This document shows positions 26,293 to 38,690 of a DNA stretch of 64,000 nt, one piece after another. Every line of letters starts with the position of its first letter. Position 1 is the stretch's first letter. Position numbers and translations under genes: made by a program. This DNA comes from Squalus acanthias (taxonomy: Eukaryota): contig CM059431.1 in assembly GCA_030390025.1 (NCBI GenBank), positions 111,726,001-111,790,000 of the forward strand, in the 5' to 3' direction. Under the pieces are notes generated by a model. That model ran no database searches, had not been told where the DNA came from, and saw only the letters and a program-made list of their open reading frames with translations.

Positions 26293-28082
26293 GGGCTGGA
26301 TTTTTCGGGGGGTCAGTGGGCGCGATCGGTGGCGGGTCGAGTGTGAAAGCGTTTTTTTTCCCCAGCGGGTCAGGACCCCGCTGTGAACCCACCGCCACGC
26401 GCCTTTCCCCGATGTCGGGTCTGTCGGCGCTGAGCAGACCCGACAGGCAGTGGCGGGGTCACAGCAGGGGTAATTGAGGTAATTAGTGGCTTGTTTAGAG
26501 CCACTTAAGAATGAATTTCAGCTCACCTTCTGCATTTGACAGCTCGTCCACGGGGTCCTCGCTGGTCGTGGACCACGTCTGTCAAGCTGAGGCGGGAGTT
26601 CAGTGGCCATTGAATCAGCTGTTGAGTTGACAGCTTCAAATGTGCAGTAAAAGCTCCCACCTTACAGAGATATCTTCCGTCAGCCACAAGCTCTTCCTCA
26701 CTGCATTTCCACAACAGATTCACCGTGCTGCAAGTCTTTGCACAAGTCTCCATCCAGTCTGACCTCATTAGCTCTCTCACCATTGACAGATCACTTCTGA
26801 CATCTCTACTTCACCTGCCATCTATTCCATCAGCATGGGTGCCCTTTATATTTTCTCACCTTGGTCCTCAGAATCCCACCACAATGAGCCCCAACACCAG
26901 CAGCACCAGGCACACCAGCAGAACCAACACCACCACCGACCTTCTCCGCAATCACCTGATGCTGCACAGGACATAGGGCGTCAGCACCCGACCACATTGC
27001 TGCCCGGGAGGCATGGGATGGTCTCACCATGGCCAGATGTATTTCACTTGACGCTGTACACCCTGGTTGCCACATGATGGGCCACATTGGCACCACCCCA
27101 CACTAACACCATAAAGCATCCCTAAAATGCCCAAGCCATTCCTTTCACACTCATCACCATTGCGGGGATACTGTTATGTCTCACCATTCACACCAACTCA
27201 CTAAGCCACTTCCAAAGGTGCAAACAAATCTGTCCAAGAACGGAAAGTGTTGAAAATAAAGGTTTCAAAGTTTGACACCACATTAACAGAAACTTTACAT
27301 GAACATTGCATAAAACACCCAAGTGCCTACCCTTGTGTGTTGTTAGTTGGTATGATTGCACTAGCATGAGGGTGAATATGAGGTGTGGCTAGTGAGATGG
27401 GGATGTGATAATGTAGATAGAGAGGGATGGGTGGAGGTGTAAGGTAAGTTGGTGTGAGTAAGGATGTGCAGGAGTAGGGTAGGGAAGGCAGAGTGATGGG
27501 GATGTGATGAGAGGCACTGCAGGATGAGGTTGAGTGTGGTTTTGTACTAACGTTTTGTGATCTACTGAGATCATTGAAACGTTTGCGGCACTGCACCCAG
27601 GTCCTCCTATCCACATCCCTGCTTGTGCCCTCCTCTGCAATGTGCAACCAGGCTGTGTTGATCTCCTGGGGAGGTCTCTTCCACCCATCAGAAGGGAAGA
27701 GGACCTCCCTGTGTGCTGTGACTCCCTCCATAAGCATATAGAGGGAATAAGAGGGAATAATGGGAGAGCCTGGGTGCAGCCCTCTGCCTCTATGCAGTGC
27801 TTGTCAGTGTTTGCAGCACCTCAATGCTGTAGAACACTGACAGCACAAACGTCAAAATAAAGTTGGCCATGGTCCCTTTAAGGAAACCGGCTGATGACGC
27901 GTCATCAAATGACGTCACCAGACCCGCTTCCTCTAATTGGCCGGGAAACGCGCTGGGCGGGCTTAACAAGCCCAATCAAGAGAAAGTCATTTCAGAGGCC
28001 GGGATGGAGCCAGCAGCGGGGTTGGGACCCGCCACCGACGTCGCCCACCACGGACCTGCCGAAGTCAGCAAAATCACGGCCC
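26293..28082. mobile_element. Internally deleted PIF/Harbinger DNA transposon
   Basis: Termini GGGCTGGATTTT...AAAATCACGGCCC with GC-rich subterminal regions. Minus-strand Myb/SANT-like remnant. A plus-strand stretch near 27000-27040 (AAREAWDGLTMAR) resembles a transposase C-terminus. Confidence 0.75.
27560..27800 (-). pseudogene. Harbinger Myb/SANT-like DNA-binding protein remnant
   Basis: RGAAPRLS...LMEGVTAHREVLFP...AWLHIAEEGTS...RRTWVQCRKRFNDL fits the Myb/SANT-like trihelix pattern. Frame broken by a 10-bp duplication GAGGGAATAA (27741-27760). Confidence 0.75.
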
Positions 28083-28206
28083 ATATCTTGATGAAGGGGA
28101 TGACAACACTGACACAGACCAAAATGGCCACTCTGTTGGCATGACAGATCGTCCCATACCAGCATTGACGGAGAGGGAGAGATTGACAGCCCAGAGCACC
28201 CCTCCT

Positions 28207-28208
<2 letters not shown>

Positions 28209-28241
<33 letters not shown>
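28209..28241. repeat. (GA)n microsatellite
   Basis: Direct observation. Confidence 0.95.
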
Positions 28242-28244
<3 letters not shown>

Positions 28245-29101
28245 ACATAACAACTTGCATTTATATATCGCCTCCAATGTAATAAAACATCCCAAGGCAC
28301 TTCACAGGAGAGGTTATCAAAGAAAATTTGACACCGAGTCACATAAGGAGATTTTAAGTCAGGTGACCAAAAGCTTAGCCGAAGAGGTGTCAAATTTTGT
28401 TTGCTAACACCTCCGTGAAGCGCCTTGGGACGTTTTACGATGTTAAAGGTGCGAGTTGTTGCTGTTATCATTTTAACTGCCTAACGTTGTAATATTCGGC
28501 CAACATTCACTGTCCGAGCTCAGACCTGACGGAGGGCCATTTGCGCAAGGTACCCGAGGGCACCCAGCAATGTATGGACAACAAGAGTCAGCACCTCCAA
28601 AAGAGGAAGAGAAAAGAGTAAAAGAAAGTGTCTGGCTGCATCCCTTTGAGGATCAAATAAATATTTGCGAAGCAATCAAATGTTATTTCAGGCTTATTAA
28701 AGCCGTTGCCGTGGCTCCATACAGTGATAACTTAAATAAACTAGCCATTAGAGACAAGTGAAAAAGATGGGTTTACCACAACCACATGATACGACACAAA
28801 ACACAGTATACAGCTGAAAGATAGCTTTGGCACCAAGGGATTTCAGCATGTAATTTAGGCCTGAAAATTAAAACTGCATGGCCATCAGACCACAGGGTCC
28901 ACAGCTGGCAAAACACTCTCTGGCATACGGCTGTCTGTCACAGACAGTCTCCAAAACAGCTGCACAATAGAGCGGGCTTGTGCTTCATGACAATGCAATC
29001 ACTGGAGCCGGCACAGTCTCGACCAGGTCAGACCTGCGACATGGATCAAACAGCCACTGTCAGTGACCTGTTGCTAAGTTTGATGACTGGTTTGAATCTT
29101 C

Positions 29102-29623
29102 CAACAGCAACAACTTGTATTTATATAGCGCCTTTAACGTAGTAAAACGTCCCAAGGCGCTTCACCAGAGTATTAAAAGACAAAAAAATTCAACACCGAG
29201 CCACATAAGGAGACATTAGGGCGGGTGACCAAAAGCTTGGTCAAAGAGGTAGGTTTTAAGGAGCGTCTTAAAGCAGGAAAGACAGGTGGCGAGGCGGAGA
29301 GGTTTAGGCAGGGAATTCCAGAGCTTAGGGCCTAAGCAACAGAAGGCACGGCCACCGATGGTTGAGCGATTATAATCAGGGATGCTCAAGAGGGCAGAAT
29401 TAGAGGAGTGCAGATATCTCGGGGGGTTGTGGGGCTGGAGGAGATTACAGAGATAGGGAGGGGCGAGGCCATGGAGGGATCTGAAAACAAGGATGAGAAT
29501 TCTGAAATCGAGGCGTTGCTTAACCGGGAGCCAATATAGGTCAGCGAGCATAGGGGTGGTGGGCGAACGGGACTTGGTGCGAGTTAGGACACGGGCAGCC
29601 GAGTTTTGGATCACTTCAAGTTT
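29102..29623 (-). mobile_element. L2 LINE 3' fragment
   Basis: IQNSAARVLT...LYWLPVKQR...GGRAFCCLGPKLWNSLP...LKTYLF and a (CAA)n tail. Confidence 0.88.
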
Positions 29624-30117
29624 ACCAGGCCAATCATCACTTCAAGACCTGATAAATTTGATTGATTTCTGTTGTACTGCTGCTGGAAAGTCCCAGTGCC
29701 TTATCGTCAAGTTGTACTGGGAACTCTTAGAATGTACGAGTGAATATAATCCATTATAGGGCAAATTATAAATGGTTAGTCAGCAGAGGGAATAGTTTAA
29801 TATGGCAAATTTCTCATTTATATGCTTTATTATGGTCCTTTCCACCTCTCCATCACCAGGAACCCGGTGCGCGCAGCGCAAGGCCCCTCTCCTTTAATCA
29901 GGGGAGGGAGGCATGCAGTGACGCGGCGCTACGTGCCGTCGCGCGTGGCGCTGTTGCACGTAGCACCGTGTACTTCAGTAGTAGCGCTCCAAGAAGGAGG
30001 GGGAGTGTTTCCAGCAGCCATGCACAATAGCACAAGTTAGTCATGCACAATACCAACAGCCAAGGTCCCCCTCAGCTTATCAAAACTGAAGTTGGACTCC
30101 TGAATTTCAAACATTAG

Positions 30118-30742
30118 CGGGGAAAAATTGGGTGGCGCCCCTTTTGGGTTCAGTAGCAGTAAATTCAGTAGTAGCGCCCTAAGCAGGAGGTGAGGGGCTG
30201 CTGGAAACACTCCCCCTCCTTCTTGGAGCGCTACTACTGAAGTACGCGGTGCTACGTGCAACAGCACCACGCGCGACGGCACGTAGCGCCGCGTCACTGC
30301 ATGCCTCCCTCCCCTGATTAAAGGAGAGGGGCCTTGCGCTGCGCGCACCGGGTCCCTGCTGGACCACCAGGGAGCGGGGTGCCGTGAAAACAGCCCGGCA
30401 CTCAAGAGGAGTGCCGGGTTAAGCGATTGCGGCCGGCACCCCGAAGAAAAAAGGGAAAGGGGGCAGGTGCTGGCAGTCAGCCAAAATAAAAATGGCCGCC
30501 CGACACCTACCGTTTAAGTATGACCGCTGCAAAAACGTCCCCTGATCCTGTCGCACATATTGTCCGGCGATAGGTCAGGGGGCGCAAGCGGGGTGCTGCG
30601 CACGGTGATTACATCATCGCCAGCGGGGCGCGACCAGCTACCGCCGCCACTAACCTCCTGCTGAATTTTGCGGGCGGCGTTAGCGGCACCACGCCCCCTG
30701 GGGGCGCTAACGAGAGGCGCAAACCAACCCAGTTTTTCCCTC
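30118..30742. mobile_element. Harbinger-type MITE family A
   Basis: TIRs CGGGGAAAAATTGGG / CCCAGTTTTTCCCTC, TSD TAG/TAG. Homologous to the 48288 copy. Confidence 0.85.
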
Positions 30743-30809
30743 TAGAAGCTGAATGGTCTCCTTGCAAAGATCACTATACTTACCTGATGTGCTCTCTAAT
30801 CTTCATAAA

Positions 30810-31242
30810 AGAAAGACTTGCATTTACAGAGCACCTTTCACAATTTCAGGACATCCCAAAGTGCTTTACAGCCAACTAAGCACTTTTTGAAGTGGAGTCA
30901 CTGTTGTAATGTAGGAAACACCGCAGCCTATTTGCGCACAGCAAGATCCCACAAACAGCAACGTGATAATGACCAGATAATTTGTTTTTAGTGATGCTGG
31001 TTGAGGGATAAATATTGGCCAGGACAGCGGGGAGAATTCTCCTGCTCTTCTTCGAAATAGTGCCGTGGGGGCCTCGGTTTAACGTCTTATCCGAAAGAGG
31101 GCACCACCGACAGTGCAGCGCTCCCTCAGCACTGCACTGGAGTGTCAGCCTAGATTTTGTGCTACGTCTCTGAAGTGGGACTTGAATCCACAACCTTCTG
31201 ACTCAGAAGCAAGAGTGCTACCACCTGAGCTACGGCTGACAC
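30810..31242 (-). mobile_element. Same SINE family
   Basis: Homologous to 16858-17313 with a short internal deletion. Confidence 0.85.
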
Positions 31243-31245
31243 ATT

Positions 31246-32009
31246 GGGCCAAAAATTCGGCCCTTGCCGGGTGAGTACACGCTGTGTACTCACCCGTAAA
31301 GCATCCTGAAGTGCCGGTTTCATGCATGCACTGCGCATGCGCGGGAAACCGGAACTTCCGGTCTGGTGAAAGGAGCGGTTCAGAGGTGAACCGCGTGCGC
31401 GGGAGAGGCTGCGCGCACGCAGCGAACTTAGGTTTTTTTTCAGGTTTCTACGGGAGGGTAAGTATTGAAGAACCTGCGCTTTTAAAAAGGAGGCGCAAGA
31501 CCCGTTTTCAACAAGGTAAGTGGTTAATTAATTATAATTTTAAAAAAATTTCAACAGGTTTATCTTTTTTAATACTTTAAAGAAAGGTAAGTTTATTTTT
31601 AGCACTGTTAAAATGTATTATAATTTATTCAAAAATTTAAATTTTTGTTTAAAGTAGTTAATTTATTTAACTTATAGTTATTTTATAAATGTGATGGGTT
31701 TTTTAAAATTTATTTGAAGTTTAGCTGTTCTTTTGGGGCCGATTTCAATTCATAGATTTGATTGGTCTTCCTGTCAAATCTATGAATGAAAGATGGTCTG
31801 CTGCCATTGGCTCTCCATGGCCCACGTGATCCCAGGGGACGCATCGCACTAACTACGCCCCTGGGACACGCAAGCACTGCGCACCGGCACTTGGAGCAGG
31901 CCCAGGAGCTGAAGTTCCCGTGGGCCCAGAGGTCAACGGCAGGCGCGGTAGGTAAGTGCGCGCGCGATCCTTACCCCTGCGGCAAGCCGGAGAGGCGAAT
32001 TTCAGGTCC
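31246..32009. mobile_element. Harbinger-type MITE family B
   Basis: TIRs GGGCCAAAAATTCG / CGAATTTCAGGTCC, TSD ATT/ATT. Confidence 0.85.
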
Positions 32010-32127
32010 ATTACACATGTGCCAAAAGCACGATAAAAGTGTCTTATTGGGCCAGGGAGCGCACGAAGACACAATGGTCTGATGACTCATACCGTACTTA
32101 TGTTGGACAGTGACACTGGAAAACAGA

Positions 32128-32813
32128 GGCCTAGAACTTCGATTAAGCCCGAAAACGGGCGGTGCTGCCGCGGGGCCGAGGTTAACGGCAGCCGTGAAAA
32201 GAGCGCAGGCGGCAGCGTTATTTTGGTGCAGCCCGCTGATTGAAACAAGCGCAGAAGCTCCCATGCAACACGCTCTTTCCGGCGGTAACATCAGCAGGAG
32301 GCCAAAGGTCGGGTCTAAAGGATCTGTGCGGCGTTCTCAGGCAGTCACCTGATTAACAGTTACACCCGCCCCGCTTCCTCCCAATTCCCCAGGCAATACA
32401 AATTGCCTATTCCCGTCTTTATGAGAAGTGGGGCCAGTTGAGAAGTTAAGATTTTCTATAAGAACAAAAAAGCCAGTCTATAAATCTTAATATTTCTTTC
32501 TTCAGCGGGTTCATCAGCATTTTCTTGATGTAAGCAGGATCTTGATGAAAAGAATCAAAAAATAAATTAAATTAAGCAACATCAAAAAAAAAGCCAGCTC
32601 GATCTGGATCATATTAAAGAATTTTTGCAATAAACTGAAAGACAATTGAAGTCAGTTATTCGGGTGTAACTTATTTTAAAGTAGCACGGTAAACCTGCCC
32701 AATATGGCGGCTGTCGTGTTCCGCGCCGGAAGTGGGCAGAAGCGAGGTGGCCGCCATTTTTTCTTCAAAAACCGGCCTTAACGGTCGGCTCGAAAGGTTC
32801 CAATTTCTAGGCC
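32128..32813. mobile_element. Harbinger-type MITE family D
   Basis: TIRs GGCCTAGAACTT / AATTTCTAGGCC, TSD AGA/AGA, GC-rich ends and AT-rich core. Confidence 0.8.
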
Positions 32814-33730
32814 AGAGTCCCGTTGGGGAAGCTGCACCTTGAATACTGAACGGGGTTCCAACAACAGAAAGGAAAAAGCACGGCGTTGGTGGCGAAACCC
32901 TTCATGTATTTATCATGAAAGTTACTACTGAATCTGCCTCCATCACCCTCTCAGGCAGCGCATTCCAGATCATAACAACTCGCTGCATGGCAAAAATTCT
33001 CCTCATCTCCTCTCTGGTTCTTTTGCCAATTACCTTAAATCTGTGTCCTCTGGTTACCCACCCTTTGAGAAAAGCCAGAAACTAGCATAATCTTGCCACA
33101 TAAAATTCAAAAGGATTCATAAAAGCTGGGAACCGAGGGGTTGTATTTCATTGTGACCCCCAGGAACACAATTTGGGTCGCACTTTCTTAAAAAATAAAT
33201 CGCGCAACAAAAAAATCCAGGGCGCCACCTAAAAGTGTAGCATTTCGGTGAGGGAACTGTAAAAGTGGTAAAATACTTCATGCAAAGAATAATGCTTTTC
33301 CTGTCCTATCGCTACCCTACTTCTGCACCAGCTACAGTTTTAATAGGATTTACTTCTGACAGGTTCTTTAAGCAGCAACTCATAGAGCTTTTTTTAAAAA
33401 AAAAATAGATTCTATTTTTCTCGTTTTAGCTCCTTATTTGGACACCCAAAGCCATGGCAGATAAATAAATCCCGCTGAGCCCACTAAGGTTGCAACAAAA
33501 GCAGAAAGACGAGAGCTACATTAATTTTGCTGCCTCGAATCGGTGGTGAATGAAGCCCAGTGGAAAGGCGAATCTGTTGCCTCGCTCACAGAAACTCCAA
33601 CTTTACAAAATTCTGAATAAATGAATCCAGGGTTAATGATATTAAAAATCTACAAAATGTAGTCACAAAAAGGTAGCTCCTGCGTACACACAGCAACACC
33701 CCGATTCAAGAGCATGCAGACAGTCACAGA

Positions 33731-35230
33731 AAGGGGCAGGGAGTGTGCAAGGGACAGGGAGTGTGCAATGAGCAGGGCAAGGGGCAGGGAGCGTGCAATG
33801 AGCAGGGAGTGTGCAAGGGGCAGGGAGTGTGCAAGGGGCAGGGCAAGGGGCAGGGAGCGTGCAAGGGGCAGGGAGCGTGCAATGAGCAGGGCAAGGGGCA
33901 GGGAGCGTGCAAGGGGCAGGGAGTGTGCAAGGGGCAGGGAGTGTGCAAGGGGCAGGGAGCGTGCAATGAGCAGGGCAAGGGGCAGGGAGCGTGCAAGGGG
34001 CAGGGAGCGTGCAAGGGGCAGGGAGTGTGCAAGGGGCAGGGAGCGTGCGATGAGCAGGCAGTTTGCAAGGGGCAGGGAGTGTGCAAGGGGCAGGGAGTGC
34101 GCAAAGGGCAGGGAGTGTGCAAGGGGCAGGGAGTGTGCGATGAGCAGGGAGTGTGCAAGGGGCAGGGAGTGTGCAAGGGGCAGGGAGAGCGCAAGGGGCA
34201 GGGAGTGTGCAAGGGGCAGGGAGTGTGCAATGAGCAGGGAGTGTGCAAGGGGCAGGGAGCGTGCAAGGGGCAGGGAGCGTGCAAGGGGCAGGGAGTGTGC
34301 AAGAGGCAGGGAGAGCGCAAGGGGCAGGGAGAGCGCAAGGGGCAGGGAGCGTGCAAGGGGCAGGGAGCGTGCAAGGGGCAGACAGAGCGCAAGGGGCAGG
34401 GAGTGTGCAAGGGGCAGGGAGAGCGCAAGGGGCAGGGAGAGCGCAAGGGGCAGGGAGAGCGCAAGGGGCAGGGAGAGCGCAAGGGGCAGGGAGAGCGCAA
34501 GGGACAGGGAGCGTGCAAGGGGCAGGGAGCGCGCAAGGGGAAGGGAGCGCGCAAGGGGCAGGGTGTGTGCAATGAGCAGGGAGTGTGCAAGGGGCAGGGA
34601 GCGCGCAAGGGGCAGGGTGTGTGCAATGAGCAGGGAGTGTGCAAGGGGCAAGGAGTGTGCAAGGGGCAGGGAGCGCGCAAGGGGCAGGGTGTGTGCAATG
34701 AGCAGGGAGTGTGCAAGGGGCAGGGAGTGTGCAAGGAGCAGGGAGCGTGCAAGGAGCAGGGAGCGTGCAAGGAGCAGGGAGCGTGCAAGGAGCAGGGAGC
34801 GCGCAAGGGGCAGTGAGCGCGCAAGGGGCAGGGAGCGTGCAAGGGGCAGGGAGCGTGCAAGGGGCAGGGAGCGTGCAGGGAGCAGGGAGTGTGCAAGGGG
34901 CAGGGAGCGTGCAAGGGGCAGGGAGCGTGCAAGGGGCAGGGAGCGTGCAAGGGGCAGGGAGCGTGCAAGGGGCAGGGAGTGTGCAAGGGACAGGGAGCGT
35001 GCAAGGGGCAAGGAGCGTGCAAGGGGCAGGGAGCGTGCAAGGGGCAGGGAGCGTGCAAGGGGCAGGGAGCGTGCAGGGGGGCAGGGAGTGTGCAGGGGAC
35101 AGGGAGTGTGCAGGGGACAGGGAGTGTGCAGGGGACAGGGAGTGTGCAGGGGGCAGGGAGTGTGCAAGGAGATAGGGAGTGTGCAAGGGGCAGGAAGTGT
35201 GCAAGGGGTAGGAAGTGTGCAAGGGCGAGG
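33731..35230. repeat. 18-bp G-rich minisatellite (GGGGCAGGGAG[C/T]GTGCAA) x ~83 with variant units
   Basis: Tandem units with interspersed variants (AATGAGCAGG, GAGAGCGC, 11-bp short units). Confidence 0.97.
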
Positions 35231-35935
35231 GCTACTTTCCAAAAATATACGTAAATGAAAAGAAAGTGGAGAGCGAATGCCATCCTTTCGTCTTTAAATG
35301 AGAAGCAGAGGATTTCGTGGAACCTCACGGTCTCTCCTCTGTCAAAAATGTTCTTGTGCTTAAAGATTCAAATCTCAAGAGATATTTATGCTGCATAATG
35401 AGAAATATAATTAGGTGGGAGGAAAGCTCCCTGATGACAAATTACTGAAAGGAAACCTTTCACCGCAGCTACCATAAAATCAGGCCCTGTTTGATTGAGC
35501 TGGGAAAGTGAGCCACATGGTGTCTCAGCTGATTGCCCAGTCAAAGATACCATTCGCTAGATATGGGTTTATGAAGCACTGCTTTCCTCAGGCAGCAGAA
35601 AGAAAATAGATACATTCCTATAAAAACAGACCTCTGCAACTATCAGCCTGTCAAGAAACATGACAGCCATCTAAGTGAACGAATTGTCTGGCAACTTGCA
35701 TTAATATTTCATTCATGCAATAAGTCAATCTGTCAATGACTCAATTACATTTGATTTCCCCCCCCCCCACCCACCCCCGCCGGCCACTTATTCCTAGTCC
35801 CTTGAGTGTTCAGAGACAGCCACCGTAAACCACCTGCATGAATATGTTCACCTGCTCTGAAACAAGAGCCAAAATGTCCATTTGTTTTATTGGTGAACAA
35901 ACTCCGATTTGTCACTATAAATGTTAAGCAACCAA

Positions 35936-36411
35936 CGGGGAAAAAATTGAGTCGCGCCCCCTCAAGAGAAGTGCCGGGCTCACAGAGCACAGCCGGCACT
36001 CCACGGGGGCAGGGGGGGGGGGTTCAGAGTAGGCCGGGGACGGCAGAGGGGGCAGGTGCTGGCAGGCGGCCAGCAACAAAAATGGCCATCCCGGCACCTC
36101 CCCTTTAATTAGCGTCGCCCCGGCCACAGGTAGGCCCCCCCTCACCCCGTCGGACATAGCGTCCGGCGGTAAGTCAGGGGGCGCTACCGAAGATCGCGGC
36201 CGGGGCGCGAGCGGGGCACTACGCATGGCGATAACGTCATCGCCGGCAGCGCAGCGCCACAGGGCACTAACGGTTACCGCCACCGCTAACCTCTCGCTGA
36301 ATTTCGCGGGAGGCATTGGCAGCACCACGCCCGGGCGCTAGTTGCTTTGCGCCCCATTAGCGCCCTCTTAGGGCACTAACGGGAGGCGCAAAGCAACCAA
36401 ATTTTCAGACC
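35936..36411. mobile_element. Harbinger-type MITE family A, internally deleted
   Basis: Left TIR CGGGGAAAAAATTGAG, flanks CAA/CAA. Reverse-complement homology to the 45403 and 50071 copies. Confidence 0.8.
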
Positions 36412-36544
36412 CAAATCTCATAACTAGTTACTAAATTTGATGAGCAGGTTAACTGTGTGTGTGCTGGTGAAAAAGTACTAGCTAAAGCAGAAGAATGGCT
36501 AGAGTCAAATGGATATTGTTTATATTCTAAACCAGATTGTTCAC

Positions 36545-37030
36545 AACCTCGGCATCCTATTCGACCCGGAGCTCTGCTTCCAACCCCTCTCCATCTCCAA
36601 AGACAGGCTATTCCCATCTCTGTAACATCGTTCACTGCCACCCCTATTTCAGCCCATCTGCCACTGAAGCCCTCAATCATGCCTTGGTCATCTCCAGATT
36701 CAGTTTCCTCTAAAGCTCTCCTGGTGGCCTCCCATTCTCCGTCCTCCATAAACATTAGCTCATTCAATACTCTGTTGCCAGTATCCTATCCCGCACCAAG
36801 TTCCACACAAAAACATCCATCCTTGCTGACACACATTGGCTCCCAGTCCTCTGACCCCTTCTCTTGTGCATCACCCCTTCACTTTACCCCATCATTGGCA
36901 GCCACACCTTCAATCACCTCAGTCTCAGTCTCCGGAATTTCCTGTCTAAACCCTGCCATTTCCCCATTTTCCAGCCTAATTCTTTGACCGAGCTTTAGAT
37001 CACCCCTTGTAGTCGCTCCCTCTTTGGTTT
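36545..37030 (+). mobile_element. Old degraded L2 fragment
   Basis: Remnants colinear with the reverse complement of 5062-5665 (CATGCCTTGGTCATCTCCAGA, CATTGGCTCCCAGT, GGAATTTCCTGTCTAAACC). Confidence 0.6.
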
Positions 37031-37035
37031 GCTGT

Positions 37036-37825
37036 GGGAAAGCAAGTTGTGAGGAGGACACACAGAGTCTGCAAAGGGATATAGATAGGTTAAGTGAGTG
37101 GGCAAAAATTTGGCAGATGGACTATAATGTGAGGTTATCCACTTTGGTAGGAAAAATAAAAAAGCAAATTATTATTTAAATGGAGAGAGACTACAAAATG
37201 CTGCGGTACAGAGGGATCTGGGGGTCCTCGTACATGAAACACAAAAAGTTAGCATACAGGTACAGCAAGTAATCAGGAAGGCAAATGGAATGTTGGCCTT
37301 TATTGCAAGGGGGATGGAGTATAAAAGCAGGGAAGTCCTGCTACAACTGTACAGGGCGCTGGTGAGACCACACCTGGAGTACTGCGTACAGTTTTGGTCT
37401 CCTTATTTAAGGAGGGATATACTTGCATTGGAGGCAGTTCAGAGAAGGTTCACTAGGCTGATTCCTGAGATGAAGGGGTTGTCTTATGAAGAAAGGTTGA
37501 GCAGGTTGGGCCTATACTCATTGGAGTTTAGAAGAATGAGAGGTGATCTTATTGAAACATATAAGATTCTGAGGGGGCTCGACAAGGTAGATGCAGAGAG
37601 GATGTTTCCCGTCGTGGGGGAATTTAGAACTAGGGGGCATAGTCTCAGGATAAGGGGTCGCCCATTTAAAACAGAGATGAGGAGGAATTTCTTCTCTCAG
37701 AGGGTCGTGAATCTTTGGAATTCTCTACCCCAGAGAGCTGTGGCGGCTGGGTCATTGAATATATTCAAGGCGGAGATAGACATATATTTGAGCTACAGGG
37801 GAGTCAAGGGTTATGGGGAGCGGGC
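37036..37825 (+). mobile_element. CR1 ORF2 C-terminal fragment lacking its 3' UTR
   Basis: MLAFIARGMEYKSREVLLQLYRALVRPHLEYC...; stops at GAGCGGGC and joins an L2-type tail. Confidence 0.88.
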
Positions 37826-38240
37826 TATATAAATGCAAACCATTGTACTCAATGAAAAAACCCCTTAAAAAAAGTTAAAATAATAACTTCATTCTTTTTG
37901 TGGAGCATGTTCTCAGTTAAAGAGGGTGGCTTTGGAAAAACAACCCCAATGAGTATCTCTTCATGTAATCCCGATACTTCAGGACTGCTTCTCTGCTTGC
38001 AGGAGAAGGCAGCACATAATAGAAGGGAGCAGAAGTGCATGGGATGAGGGTATGACAACGTGAAATGATTGCCACAGAGCGTATAAAGGGAGTGGGAGGG
38101 GATGAAATTGAAGGCCTCCCCCAAGCTTGGGGCTAGTACCATCCTTCCCAATCTTCTTTCTCCTTTCCTACTCGCTCACTGCCCCCCACCAACACCCCCC
38201 ACACCCCACCCGCCCACGCCGGCATACACCATGATACACA

Positions 38241-38675
38241 GGGGTGGAGTTTCTGCTTTGGGCGCTTGAAATGGCGCTGTTTTTCCGAAGTGAAGATACG
38301 GTACAAGTTTCCACCCAAACTCATTTGCATATCGCCGAACGTATGATTTCCCGTGAAGCAGCGGAGCAGCGTGAGCGGGCGTGATCGACAAGTGACTGGG
38401 AATAGAGCCAATCGGGTCTGAAGTGTCTGGGGAAAGGGTCATCATATAAAAAGCAGTCGGAAAATGTTACCTTCAGAGTGCGGCTAAAGAGAAAAAGGCA
38501 AGAGGACACTCCTCTCTTACTGGACAAAAACGTCGTATGGCCTGACTCCAAGTAAATATAGTAAAAAACCAGCATTCTAGTACATGTTCCCCTTCTTTTT
38601 CTGAACTTGACACAGGCCACTTTGCCTCCAAAGAACTAAATGCCTCCCAGAACCCTGCATTACTGACTCCACCCG
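38241..38675. mobile_element. Probable MITE
   Basis: Termini GGGGTGGAGT / ACTCCACCCG, flanks ACA/TCA. Single copy in the window. Confidence 0.5.
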
Positions 38676-38690
38676 TCAGGGCATTTAGGT

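Noticed and set aside
33650..35328. 500+ aa Cys/Pro or Arg/Glu repeat proteins
   Set aside because: Translations of an 18-bp minisatellite that is open in several frames on both strands.
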